The notes beneath the pieces are model-generated. The model did no database searches, had not been told where the DNA came from, and worked only from the letters and a program-made list of their open reading frames with translations. Shown here piece by piece: positions 9,851 through 20,040 of a stretch of 63,748 nucleotides of DNA. The translations under genes and the position numbers were made by a program. The stretch comes from an uncultured virus (IMG/VR IMGVR_UViG_2061766007_000483) (taxonomy: Duplodnaviria > Heunggongvirae > Uroviricota > Caudoviricetes). Position 1 is the stretch's first letter; each line of letters begins with the position of its first letter. The stretch lies in the IMG/VR virus record IMGVR_UViG_2061766007_000483; one strand, 5' to 3'.

Positions 9851-11831
9851 ATGGACTGCTCAAATGCGATTGACAGAAACAACATCCTTGAAGAATGCCT
9901 CAACACAAACGGACTCGTGTCAGAAAGACGGTTCAAAAAGGCGTTCCCACAAGCGTATGCTGAACTCCAAAGCATAAAGTTCCCCGACAACTTTACGTTC
10001 AAACAGAAACTGTACCACTACCTCCATAACGACGACAATATGGAACTCGGCGTATGCCCCGTGTGCGGAGGGCGGTGCAACCTTAAAAGTTTCAGGGATG
10101 GGTATCACAGGTATTGCAAGAACAGTTGCGCACAACTTGACTCCGAAACCCGCAATAAAATAAAGCAGACTTGTATTGAGCGCTATGGCGACGAGTGTTA
10201 CAGCAGGACAAACGCTTGGAAGGAATCCGTTTCCGAAACTTGGGATAAGAAGGACGTGTCGGAAATCACAAGAAAACGCAACGCGACCAAACTTGAACGA
10301 TATGGTGACGTTTGCTACAACAACCGTGAACAAATATCAATGTCACTTAATGAAAAGACCGACACCGAAAAAATGCTCATCGTTGAAAAAAGGAGAAAGA
10401 CGAATGAGGAAAGGTATGGCGGAACATCAATCATTTCAGACAGAATAAAGGAGTCTTGGTCAAACATACCGAAAAAAAAGATAGACGAACGAACTGAAAA
10501 AACAAAGCGAACAAAATATGAGCGTTATGGCAAATCAACCTATAACAACAGGGACGCCGCAAGAAACACCTGCATTGAACGATATGGAGTGGAGAATGTA
10601 TCACAAAGTGACGTTGTGAAAAACAATGTTCGGAACACCTGCCTTGAACGATATGGCGTGGAGAATGTATCGCAGGACAAGAACATAGCAGAAAAAGCAA
10701 GGGAGACAAGAAAAACAAATGAAGTTGGAAAACGTGATTTCCTCATAGGGTACACCGATGACGGTTTGTGGATTTGCAAATGTGAAAACAGTTCTTGCAA
10801 CAAGTGCAAAGAAAGAACATACACAATAACCGCCGCAAACTATGATGACCGAAAACGGGTTGGAAGTGAGACCTGCACCATACTGAACCCCGTATGCGTA
10901 CAGACAAGCGGATGTGAAAATGAGTTGCTTGAATATATAAAATCCGTTTACAATGGAGAGGTTATAAGTTCGGACAGAAGTGTTCTCGGAGGAAAGGAAC
11001 TTGACATCTATATACCGAAATTGAGATTGGCATTTGAGTATAATGGTGTATATTGGCACAGTGACCTTTATAAGGATAAAACATATCATAGCGAGAAAAC
11101 GCAGAAATGCCTTGAACTCGGAATACAACTGATACATATATGGGAGGATGAGTGGATTTACAAGAACGATATTGTAAAAGACACGATACTTAACAAACTT
11201 GGTTCCAACAAAAATATGATTGATGCAAGAAAATGTGAAGTGCTTGAAATAAGTGCAAAGACAGCAAAACCGTTTTGTGAGATGTACCACATACAAGGTT
11301 ACACCGCGTCAACAACAAGGTTCGGTCTGTATCATAATGACAAACTTGTTATGGTGGCGGTTTTCGGTCAGGTCAGAAGAATAAGCGGTGCAGGGAAGAA
11401 AGATGGAGAATGGGAACTTTACAGGTTATGCTCACCTTTCGGAACTGTTGTTCGTGGAGGCGCGGGCAAACTTCTTTCCGCCTTCGTGAAAAAATATGAA
11501 CCGAAATGTGTCGTGACATTTGCAGACCTTGACAAAAGCAACGGTAACGTGTATGAGAAAATCGGATTTGAGAAATCACATATCGTGCCTCCTACCTACT
11601 ATTGGTGCATCGGAAACAGACGCTATCCGAGATACAGGTTCCANNNNNNNNNNGACCTACTATTGGTGCATCGGAAACAGACGCTATCCGAGATACAGGT
11701 TCCAAAAGTCAAACCTTGAAGAATGCAAGGAAAACCCCAACCTGACAGAAGATGAGGTGATGAGAAAAAGAGGATATGTCAAGTGTTGGGATTCAGGAAA
11801 AATAAAATATGTATGGCAACAAAAGCAGTAA
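9851..11831 (+). CDS. Hef-like homing endonuclease (Zn fingers, ERYG repeats, PD-(D/E)xK nuclease, GNAT-like C-terminus)
   Basis: CPVCGG, repeated TCxERYGVENVSQ, ELDIYIP...FEYNGVYWH, ELYRLCS...GGAGKLL...TFADL. The frame break at the gap (11644-11653) coincides with a duplicated ~47-nt overlap, so it is treated as one gene. Confidence 0.7.
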
Positions 11832-13693
11832 CAGAACAAGACAAACATAAAATCACCGTGTGGAGTACAAAAGCGGTGAACGATTATCTCAATGACATTG
11901 ACAACGGAATTGAGAGGAAGGACAGTCCGTTCCTGTATGGGAACACCCAACTGCGAAAACCAAACCTTATGTTTGAGTACACACAGGAGGAAATTGAAAT
12001 TATAATGCGGTGCAAGAATGACATCAACTATTTCGCAAACCACTACGCATATACTATGAACCCATCCACAGGTTCACTCAACCTCATCACCCTCCGTGAC
12101 TATCAGGAAGATTTGCTAAACACGATAAACGACAACAGGTTCACGGTGATTGTTGCGAGCAGGCAGTGTGGAAAAACTATTTCATCCTCCATCTACCTCG
12201 CGTGGTATATCCTGTTCAACTACGACAAGACCGCGTTCCTTTGCGGAAACATTGAGAAAACAGCAGTTGATATTCTCGGAAAAGTGGTTGACGTCATCAA
12301 AAACGTCCCCTTCTTTATGAAACCTGGCGTCATCAAAGGGTCATCCCTTGAATGGAAATTTGACAACGGGTGCCGACTGATGGGCGCCGCCACAACAAAA
12401 AGAGCAGGTATCGGTTTCACAATCCACTGTTTGTATCTTGATGAGTTCGCACACGTTGACAAAGGAATAATTGACGAATTTTTCGACAACATCTATCCTA
12501 CCGTTTCCTCACTTCCCGACTCCAAAATCATTGTCACCTCCACTCCGAACGGGATGAACCGTTTTTATCACATTTATGATGCTGCGACGAAGGGCATAAA
12601 CCAATTCACTCCGTTCCGCATTGATTGGTGGCAGGTGCCTGATTGGGACAAGGAGAAACGTCAGTGGGTTTTGAGGGGTGAGGATTGGATGAAGAAGCAG
12701 ATTGCCCAACTCGGCAACGGTGATGAGGAACTCGGAAAGGAGAGGTTCGGCGCGCAGTTCGGAAACTCGTTTTTGAGTACGGGCAACCTCCTGCTCGGAC
12801 CGAACGCCCTCAAACGACTTGAAGAGTCAAGGGAGGTGTTCGTCCACAAACCTCTCCCGATATTTGAGGACTATGACATTGATGAGTACAGTGAGTTCGT
12901 ATGGAAGGAGGACTTTGATGTTGAGAACGTGAAGCGCACGGATGAGCAGTTTCTGTTCAGCATTGACTTGGCGGAGGGAAACGGCGGTGACAATACGGTC
13001 ATAAACATATTCAAGGTTCGGATTATGGACAAAAATGATTGGGCGAACATCACGGTTCCCAATTCGGTCTATGACTATGTTGGTCTTGAACAGGTGGGTC
13101 TGTTCGCACACAACAGGATACACTTGCAGCAGTTCACGAAGATGCTCTATATTCTTTTGCACGATGTGTTCAACACGGAGAACACGAAGGTTGTGCTTGA
13201 ATGGAACGCTTTTGGCGGTGAGGTCTATAACGGGTTGTCGCACGTTTTCGGTGACAGAAACGACTTTGATTCGTCCTGTGTGTTGAAGTTCAAGCGCAGT
13301 CTTGACGGTATGCGTTTTGAACCTGGACTCCGCCTCAACCACGACACCAAACTGATATACTGCCACAACGCGAAGAAGAACATCGGCAGCGGGAGAATGA
13401 TATTGCACGAGGAGGGGACGATTGGCGAGTTCAACATATTCGGTCGTGTAAAGTCAAGTTATGCGGCAATCACCGACCACGATGACAAGGTGATGACCTG
13501 TGTGAATGCGAACGCATTTTTTGAGAACAGGGATTTCAGTTGGATTGCCGACCTTGTGCTTGAACGTAATCCCGAACTCGCGTCCGAACTGACGGGGATG
13601 ATTAACGTCAATGACGACAGTGTTTACGGAGGGTTTGCGGACATCTACAAGCAGACAAGCGCGGTTCCGAACATTGATTGGCACAAGTTGTGA
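11813..13693 (+). CDS. terL: Terminase large subunit (T4 gp17-like)
   Basis: LRDYQ, ASRQCGKT Walker A, LYLDEFAH Walker B, VTSTPNG, SIDLAEG and HDDKVM nuclease motifs. Confidence 0.95.
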   Translation: MATKAVTEQDKHKITVWSTKAVNDYLNDIDNGIERKDSPFLYGNTQLRKPNLMFEYTQEEIEIIMRCKNDINYFANHYAYTMNPSTGSLNLITLRDYQEDLLNTINDNRFTVIVASRQCGKTISSSIYLAWYILFNYDKTAFLCGNIEKTAVDILGKVVDVIKNVPFFMKPGVIKGSSLEWKFDNGCRLMGAATTKRAGIGFTIHCLYLDEFAHVDKGIIDEFFDNIYPTVSSLPDSKIIVTSTPNGMNRFYHIYDAATKGINQFTPFRIDWWQVPDWDKEKRQWVLRGEDWMKKQIAQLGNGDEELGKERFGAQFGNSFLSTGNLLLGPNALKRLEESREVFVHKPLPIFEDYDIDEYSEFVWKEDFDVENVKRTDEQFLFSIDLAEGNGGDNTVINIFKVRIMDKNDWANITVPNSVYDYVGLEQVGLFAHNRIHLQQFTKMLYILLHDVFNTENTKVVLEWNAFGGEVYNGLSHVFGDRNDFDSSCVLKFKRSLDGMRFEPGLRLNHDTKLIYCHNAKKNIGSGRMILHEEGTIGEFNIFGRVKSSYAAITDHDDKVMTCVNANAFFENRDFSWIADLVLERNPELASELTGMINVNDDSVYGGFADIYKQTSAVPNIDWHKL

Positions 13694-13769
13694 GATATAA
13701 ATATAGAAAAATACAAATTTAATACTTCAGTTTTGGCAATATCTTCTCATATTCGTAGTCCGTTATCTG

Positions 13770-14231
13770 TCAATAAAGCAAGTCCGATACATCGCAGTTT
13801 TTGCAAAGGGACATATCAATGTAAATTTCCTCGTTATCACACTTGGCGGTAACGAAATCGAACTTTCTGATTGAAACCGCCGACGCGAAATCCGCCGCCT
13901 CCTTGCCGCTTGAAAAGGAATAGCACAAAATGTCAAGATACATAGTGCAACCTTTGTGCGAAACCCCTTTCACATAAAAAATGCAGGATGATATGGTTCC
14001 GCATTTCAGGGTATAGTTGAAATTCTCGAAATAGAGATGTCCCATCAATGTGTTGTTTATATCATCGGCGACACATTCTGTCTGCCCCCCAAAGAACGAG
14101 GTTGCGAGAACGAAATTGTATCCGACCGTGAAGCGGGAATCCCTGTCGCGGGTAGTGCCTGTGTACTGCATAAACACGGCGTTCCTGTCGGTGACGAGTT
14201 TTGAAAGGTTTGACAAATCGCTTATTCTCAT
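13770..14231 (-). CDS. Hypothetical protein (MRISD tag)
   Basis: 153 aa, coupled operon. Confidence 0.7.
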   Translation of the reverse strand: MRISDLSNLSKLVTDRNAVFMQYTGTTRDRDSRFTVGYNFVLATSFFGGQTECVADDINNTLMGHLYFENFNYTLKCGTISSCIFYVKGVSHKGCTMYLDILCYSFSSGKEAADFASAVSIRKFDFVTAKCDNEEIYIDMSLCKNCDVSDLLY

Positions 14232-14740
14232 AACACGTTCCTGTGAACTCTCACATAGTGTTCCTTATAGTTGAACTTGTTGCAGGGTTGGTGTCCCAAA
14301 ATGTCGCTTGTTATTTTCCACAGCGTGTCTGGAATGAATTGCAGTGACATATCAAGTGCAAACAGGGCGCTGTTGAAATAGAGTGAATAAATGCGATGTT
14401 TCTGTGTTAGCGCTTTCATCACTGCCTGCACTTTCTCTATGTCCTCATTTGCATAGTTGCCGTCGTATGTGATGAACATAAAGATTTTTTCGGGAAGTTC
14501 CGAATAGTCGTATTCCCGTTTACGGCGGATGAATACATATTCAATGAAGGAGTTCGGCGCTATTGAGATGGGGTCAAACAGGATTGACCACTCCAACGGA
14601 TTGGATGGTTTATTGCCACTTATATGGGTGTGAACATAGGACGAGGCGCAGTCAAGTCCCATATTGTCCGCGTAGGTGTTGATTACCTCAACAATCTCAC
14701 TCTTTCCGAAATCGGCAACATTTGTATCGCTTATTCTCAT
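14228..14740 (-). CDS. Hypothetical protein (MRISD tag)
   Basis: 170 aa. Confidence 0.7.
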   Translation of the reverse strand: MRISDTNVADFGKSEIVEVINTYADNMGLDCASSYVHTHISGNKPSNPLEWSILFDPISIAPNSFIEYVFIRRKREYDYSELPEKIFMFITYDGNYANEDIEKVQAVMKALTQKHRIYSLYFNSALFALDMSLQFIPDTLWKITSDILGHQPCNKFNYKEHYVRVHRNVL

Positions 14741-14742
14741 AT

Positions 14743-15078
14743 TCAGATTCTTTTTCCAAGTTTGATGATGAACACCGCATCCATTTTCAGACCGACATCA
14801 ATGCCTTTGCACGCTTTTATCCAAAGCAACTCAAATTTGATTTTCTTTGTCGTGTAAGGGACAAAAAACTCAACTTCGTCAAAATGTTTCATATTGTCAT
14901 TCAAGACATCAATGTCACATTCACAAGAGTCACAAGTTGTCAGTCTTTTTGTCCAATATGGTTTAACCTCCCTGTAATCGGAGTTCAGGGCGTTGTCGTC
15001 AAGCAGTGTGAACCAATAGGAGTTTACGTTTATTCTCAATGTTTTCATAATCAGATTTATTTGTTGTTTTTCACCCAA
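14743..15078 (-). CDS. ASCH/PUA-like domain protein
   Basis: YREVKPYWTKRL...FIIKLG pattern. Confidence 0.6.
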   Translation of the reverse strand: MGEKQQINLIMKTLRINVNSYWFTLLDDNALNSDYREVKPYWTKRLTTCDSCECDIDVLNDNMKHFDEVEFFVPYTTKKIKFELLWIKACKGIDVGLKMDAVFIIKLGKRI

Positions 15079-15545
15079 TCGTAAACTTCGTCCATACTTG
15101 TTATGAACACATTTTCAAACGTCAATTCTTTTTTGTCAACCTTTTTATTTCCATATTGGTCTATTATCGTCAAGGCGTACTTCCTTGTTTTTGCCAAAAG
15201 AGATTTTACCGCCCTTGTCTCCTGCATACCATTTATCGTATTTCCTGAAATCGTAATCGGATTACAGCATACGGCGTTTTTGATTTCATTGAATTGTGAA
15301 TAGATGTATTTCAAATCCCCGCTTACACACTTTGTGTCCAATGCGGTTATGACACAATATGAATCTTTCTCATAAAATTCGTTAACTTTCGTACCGAATG
15401 CGAATATAATCACCTTGTCACAGACGACACCTTCTTCGTCATAATGTGTCACAACATAATCAAACCTGCTTTTTTTGATAAGAATTTTCGCACATTCTTC
15501 CAATATGTTTTTGTCAATCAGTTGCGTGTTTGAAATCCTGTTCAT
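15057..15545 (-). CDS. Hypothetical protein (MNRISN; paralog of 15542..16060)
   Basis: Shares QLI.K, DKV, TA.D.K and KSL...TR.YA with its neighbour. Confidence 0.7.
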   Translation of the reverse strand: MNRISNTQLIDKNILEECAKILIKKSRFDYVVTHYDEEGVVCDKVIIFAFGTKVNEFYEKDSYCVITALDTKCVSGDLKYIYSQFNEIKNAVCCNPITISGNTINGMQETRAVKSLLAKTRKYALTIIDQYGNKKVDKKELTFENVFITSMDEVYDWVKNNK

Positions 15546-16060
15546 AATTCCTCCCCCCGTTTCAGTTTTTCAACAATGTCGTCCATTTCCTCTTTCTCCC
15601 CGATGAACAAATCGTCAAAATATATTTTCCTGTTTCCAATCAGTTCTTTGTCGCCGTGTTGGTTTATCATATTGACCGCATATCTCCTTGTGCGTTTTAT
15701 CAATGATTTCATTCTTGCGGTATAGTAGGTCGGTTCAAGTTCCTCTATGTGTTTGAGCATATTGTCCGAGATGCTGACAACACCATTGCTGCTGACGAAG
15801 TTTATGTACTCATAGGTTGAGCGGATTTGTTTCACTTCCCTGCTTGCGTTTTTTGAGTCAAATGCGGTCAGCACCCACACCCTCGGACAGTATTTTTGTT
15901 CGTCCTCAAAGACGAATGATATGACCATCACTTTGTCGGCGATGACGCACTTGTCGTCATAGGATGTGATTGCGTGGTCAATCGTCCCACGACCGACAAT
16001 GAGTTCAGAGAACTCATCAAGTGCGTCCTTTCCAATAAGTTGTATGTCAGAAATCCTCAT
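15542..16060 (-). CDS. Hypothetical protein (MRISD tag)
   Basis: 172 aa; tandem paralog. Confidence 0.7.
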   Translation of the reverse strand: MRISDIQLIGKDALDEFSELIVGRGTIDHAITSYDDKCVIADKVMVISFVFEDEQKYCPRVWVLTAFDSKNASREVKQIRSTYEYINFVSSNGVVSISDNMLKHIEELEPTYYTARMKSLIKRTRRYAVNMINQHGDKELIGNRKIYFDDLFIGEKEEMDDIVEKLKRGEEL

Positions 16061-16065
16061 TGTGT

Positions 16066-16401
16066 TTATAATTTGTCAGAGTATTTGAATGCCATCAGTT
16101 TGGAGACCCCGTAGTCCGCGTAACCCTGCCAACCGAAATTTTCAAGCATAGACTGCACGAGTCCCTCAAACGTCTTGTAGGTCTTCTCAACAAAGTATGC
16201 GTCCAAGACCTTTTTCACGGATGGCGGTGGTTCGGCGATGTCAAACCATACATCGTATGTGCAAATGCCGACCCTTTCGGAATCCATAACAATATGGAAC
16301 CTGCTGTTTATCCGAGATGCGTCATAGGTTGCGATGATGTTAATCACCCCAACGTCCCTGACAACGGACTCAACCATATCCTTGTTATCGCTCATTCTCA
16401 T
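16066..16401 (-). CDS. Hypothetical protein (MRMSD tag)
   Basis: 111 aa. Confidence 0.65.
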   Translation of the reverse strand: MRMSDNKDMVESVVRDVGVINIIATYDASRINSRFHIVMDSERVGICTYDVWFDIAEPPPSVKKVLDAYFVEKTYKTFEGLVQSMLENFGWQGYADYGVSKLMAFKYSDKL

Positions 16402-16406
16402 CGTTG

Positions 16407-16838
16407 TCAGGGTTTGATATACATTTCAGTGTCACAGAACACATCGGCGTATAAAACGGACACGTCGCTTTTTAAGATGTTGTTTGCGTAATCCGACATT
16501 TTCTTGTTGAACTCCGACCTGCTGACACCATCCCTCAATATCGGTCTCCAAGCGGCAGAGGGTTGTATCAGTCTTTTGTTGAGCGGTATGTCTGATGTTA
16601 TCTCGCTGATGTCATATTCTTTTGTCTCATCACCGAAAATGATGGTGTTGTGCAAAACATTGAACAGTTCGGATGAGACCAATGGATTGAAATGGATTCT
16701 GATTATCCTGAACCCGCCCTTGCACGGTCGGTACAGGTTGAATGTATAGTCATAGTGACCGTCAGGCGAGTATTCAAATATATCATTTCCCTTGACCTTC
16801 ACTTTGTCGTCCAATATGTCGCTATCTGTTATTCTCAT
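16407..16838 (-). CDS. Hypothetical protein (MRITD tag)
   Basis: Start reassigned to MRITDSDILD. Confidence 0.65.
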   Translation of the reverse strand: MRITDSDILDDKVKVKGNDIFEYSPDGHYDYTFNLYRPCKGGFRIIRIHFNPLVSSELFNVLHNTIIFGDETKEYDISEITSDIPLNKRLIQPSAAWRPILRDGVSRSEFNKKMSDYANNILKSDVSVLYADVFCDTEMYIKP

Positions 16839-17217
16839 ACGGGGTATTTGCTTCAAGTTGTTTCAAGAACCAAAGGATGCCGTTTTCAAGAGCGTTGTCC
16901 TTTGTGCCGTTCGGGAGGACGGTTTTCAGGAGGTGTGTATTGTATTGGTGTATTTTGAAGACTTTACACAACCATTCCATTCCATCCTCGCACCAATAGG
17001 GTTCAGGTTGGATATGGATGTTATGCTTTGTGAGCAACCAATCGCAGACGTGCGCCAACGACGGGGCGAGGATTGTATTCTTCCTGTCAAAGTCGTGATA
17101 GTGACTGTAATGATAGGGTTGTTTGTTTCCGATGACATAGAACATATCACCCCACCAATCGTAACCGCATTTGTGGAGGTGTTCCGCAACCTCATAAGAT
17201 ACTCTTGTGCCTTCCAT
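16822..17217 (-). CDS. Phage hypothetical protein (APSL...CDWL...HNIHI pattern)
   Basis: MEGTRVSYEVAEHL start directly after the promoter motif. Confidence 0.65.
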   Translation of the reverse strand: MEGTRVSYEVAEHLHKCGYDWWGDMFYVIGNKQPYHYSHYHDFDRKNTILAPSLAHVCDWLLTKHNIHIQPEPYWCEDGMEWLCKVFKIHQYNTHLLKTVLPNGTKDNALENGILWFLKQLEANTPYENNR

Positions 17218-17303
17218 AGTATTTCCTTTTATTGAATATAATAAAAAAAAAGAAATCCCNNNNNNNNNNNNNNNNNNNNNNNNNNNNNNNNNNNNNNNNN
17301 CGT

Positions 17304-18335
17304 TTAGTCCAAATCCAATCCGAAGTAGTCGCATTGGTGTATGTCACATACAAAGATGTCGGTGTATTGGATGCCGTTGATTACAATGCAGTAGATGTTG
17401 GTGTACTTCTTGTTGTATTTCGCTTTCGCGTTCGCAACGGCGTCCCTGTCCTCGTTCCTGTCCAACTGTTCATTGGTGAAACGTCCGACAAAAATTCCGT
17501 ATTGTGTGATTTCACCTTCCTTGATGTTTATATTGTATTTGAGTTCGCGGTTCTCATTGAGACTTTCGGACACGTTCTTGTCACACCAATCACTTGCATT
17601 GAACTTCACCTTGTTCATACCGATACCCATAGAGCAGGTGCGGTTGAAAGCGGCACGTTCAAGACCAGACAGGAAGTCATTGGAACCGAGAGTGCGGAGT
17701 GCCGATTTCGCGTCAATCACATTTCCCGATGCGTTTGTGAACACGACCCCGTGTTCGTCAAGGCACTTTTGGATGAAACTGATGTCGTCGTCATCCAATC
17801 CGTTTTTCAGCAGGATGCGTGCATCGTTGTGTGTGAGGGTGTATTGGGGGTCGCCCTTGTATTTCTCAACGCCCATTGATTTTTCGTCAAAGCAGCGGAT
17901 GTAGTTCACACTTTCAACCGAGACCCTGATGTTCTTTGCTATGCCGTCATAGTAGTCGCAGTCAATGTCACGGAGTACCTCCCACATAACATTGTTGATA
18001 CGCTGTTTCGCGTCATCGGGTTCAAAGGTGATTTTCACCTTTCCGAAGTCCTCAACGCTTTCTGTCTGAACGAAGGTGTCCCCGTCAAACTCTCCCGCGT
18101 ATGCTTTCATATCGCACATCATTGTGTGACCTCCCCTGTAATGGTCAATGTGCATAACATAGCGTCTCACCATTCCATTTGTGAGGCACACGTCAAAGGC
18201 GACAGTATTGTTCTTTGCCTTTGAGTCCGCCACACTTTCGTTATGGTCATACATAAACGTGAGAACATTGTCTTTCGGGGAGAATTTGTTGACGCGGGTG
18301 TATGCCGCCATCTCATCTATTGTGTAAAGTCTCAT
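17304..18335 (-). CDS. Late protein with IDEM N-terminus, putative internal head protein
   Basis: MRLYTIDEM; TATAAATA at 18370-18377. Confidence 0.55.
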   Translation of the reverse strand: MRLYTIDEMAAYTRVNKFSPKDNVLTFMYDHNESVADSKAKNNTVAFDVCLTNGMVRRYVMHIDHYRGGHTMMCDMKAYAGEFDGDTFVQTESVEDFGKVKITFEPDDAKQRINNVMWEVLRDIDCDYYDGIAKNIRVSVESVNYIRCFDEKSMGVEKYKGDPQYTLTHNDARILLKNGLDDDDISFIQKCLDEHGVVFTNASGNVIDAKSALRTLGSNDFLSGLERAAFNRTCSMGIGMNKVKFNASDWCDKNVSESLNENRELKYNINIKEGEITQYGIFVGRFTNEQLDRNEDRDAVANAKAKYNKKYTNIYCIVINGIQYTDIFVCDIHQCDYFGLDLD

Positions 18336-18444
18336 AGTTATTATCTACGGGTTCTTCTTTTATTTACATTATTTATACCAACAAAAAAATGGGAGATACA
18401 TCAATGATATATCCCCCATTCAAAAATAGGAATTATGAATACAG

Positions 18445-19995
18445 TTATTCTTTGTCGGCAGTGCGTTTCACGGCGCTTTCAAGGGTTGACTGTTTCACGA
18501 TTTCACTCATATCAACGCCTGTGGCGTCGGCAACTGTGTCCATCGTCTGCTTGATGACGGTGGGAACCTGACCAGAGAGTTGGGAGATGCCGTCACCGTT
18601 CCCTCCATAGATTCTCACGTCCTTGATTGCACCGATTGGTTCGGCGACGCTCTTGGCGATTTCGGGCAGTTTCTCAATGACCATCTGCGCTTTTGCAGCG
18701 TCACCGTACTGCTTGAAAGCGTCCGCTTTCTTTCTCATTGCCTCCGCCTCTGCGAGACCTTTCTTCTCAATGGCGGATGCCTCTGCGAGACCTTTCTGTT
18801 CAATGGCATACGCTTCCGCGTCGGCAAGTTTCTTCTTACCGTTTGCTTCCTGCTCCATACGGAACATCTCTGCTTCTGCCTGTGCCTTGATAGCGCGGGC
18901 GCGTTGTTCTGCCTCATACGCCTCTGCTTCCGCCTTGCGTTTTCTCTGTTCAAGTTCTGCGGCGGCATCAATCTCCTTCTGATACTTGTCGGCATCCGCC
19001 TGCTTTTGGATTTCCGCCTCCAAGCGGTTCTGCTGAATCTTCACCTGTTCAGAGGTCAGTTCCTGTTCTTTTCTTGCCTTTTCGGTCTCTGCCTCAACAG
19101 CGGCGGCGTTGATTTCCTTCTGCTTCTGCTGTTCAAGGAGTTTTCTTGTGGTGTCCGCCTCAACGGTCTTGATGTTGACGGTCTTTTGCTGCTGTTGCTG
19201 CTCAATCTCATAGGCAGCATCCGCCTTTGCTTTTTGGGTGTCCTCAACGACTTTCAGGTCTGCCTTCTTGATGGCGAGGGCATTGTTCTTTTCTGCGATG
19301 ATTGTCTCATTGGCGACACGGGCGTCGTTTGCCTCCTTTGCTGCGACTGACTCCGCGATTTGGATGTCACGTTCCGCCTGCGCTTTGGTGATTGCCGCCT
19401 CCTTGCGGATTTTGAATGTGTTGTCCGCACCGAGATTCTTGATGAGACCTTCATTGTCGGTGATGTTTTGGATGTTGCAGGAGATGACTTCAATTCCGAG
19501 TTTCGCCATATCGTTTGCCGCTTTCTTGGCGATTTGGTCGGAGAACCCGTCTCGGTCAATGTTCAGGGATTTGAGGTCAAGCGTGCCGATGATTTCCCTC
19601 ATATTGCCTTCCAACGAGTCCTTCACCTGATTGGCGATGTCACGTTCCGTCATATTGAGGAAGTTCTTTGCGGCGAGTCGTATTCCGTCAGGTGTATTGA
19701 TGACACGGATTTTTGCAACGGCATCCACCATAACCGAGATGAAGTCATTGGTCGGCACAGGGACGGAGGTCTTGATGTCAACTGATGTCTGACCGAGAAA
19801 AACCTTGTCCACACGTTCAAGTCCAGGGATTCGGAAACCGCCCTTGCCGATGAGGATTCTCGGTTGTTTGGAGAGACCTGAAATGATGTAGGCGTCTTTC
19901 GGAGGTGCCTTCACATAGCAGATTGCGATAATTACCACCAACACGATGATGGCGATTGCTGCGATGATGATTGTGTTAAATGTAAATGTACCCAT
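18445..19995 (-). CDS. Flotillin/SPFH (band 7) protein
   Basis: N-terminal TM, SPFH domain (LEGNMREIIG, LGIEVISCNIQNI), AEA-rich coiled coil. Confidence 0.93.
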   Translation of the reverse strand: MGTFTFNTIIIAAIAIIVLVVIIAICYVKAPPKDAYIISGLSKQPRILIGKGGFRIPGLERVDKVFLGQTSVDIKTSVPVPTNDFISVMVDAVAKIRVINTPDGIRLAAKNFLNMTERDIANQVKDSLEGNMREIIGTLDLKSLNIDRDGFSDQIAKKAANDMAKLGIEVISCNIQNITDNEGLIKNLGADNTFKIRKEAAITKAQAERDIQIAESVAAKEANDARVANETIIAEKNNALAIKKADLKVVEDTQKAKADAAYEIEQQQQQKTVNIKTVEADTTRKLLEQQKQKEINAAAVEAETEKARKEQELTSEQVKIQQNRLEAEIQKQADADKYQKEIDAAAELEQRKRKAEAEAYEAEQRARAIKAQAEAEMFRMEQEANGKKKLADAEAYAIEQKGLAEASAIEKKGLAEAEAMRKKADAFKQYGDAAKAQMVIEKLPEIAKSVAEPIGAIKDVRIYGGNGDGISQLSGQVPTVIKQTMDTVADATGVDMSEIVKQSTLESAVKRTADKE

Positions 19996-20040
19996 AATTG
20001 TTTGATTTTTGATAGGTTGATAAATAATTAAAATGGTTTA

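Noticed and set aside
11594..11704. Direct repeat of about 47 nt and frameshift in the Hef-like gene
   Set aside because: The copies flank a 10-N gap, typical of an unmerged contig overlap rather than a programmed frameshift
11813..13693. Intein or intron in terL
   Set aside because: ATPase and nuclease motifs are contiguous and no HINT motifs are present
18580..19785. Long plus-strand ORFs opposite flotillin, and similar antisense ORFs elsewhere
   Set aside because: Shadow ORFs produced by codon bias of the real genes; no motifs or promoters
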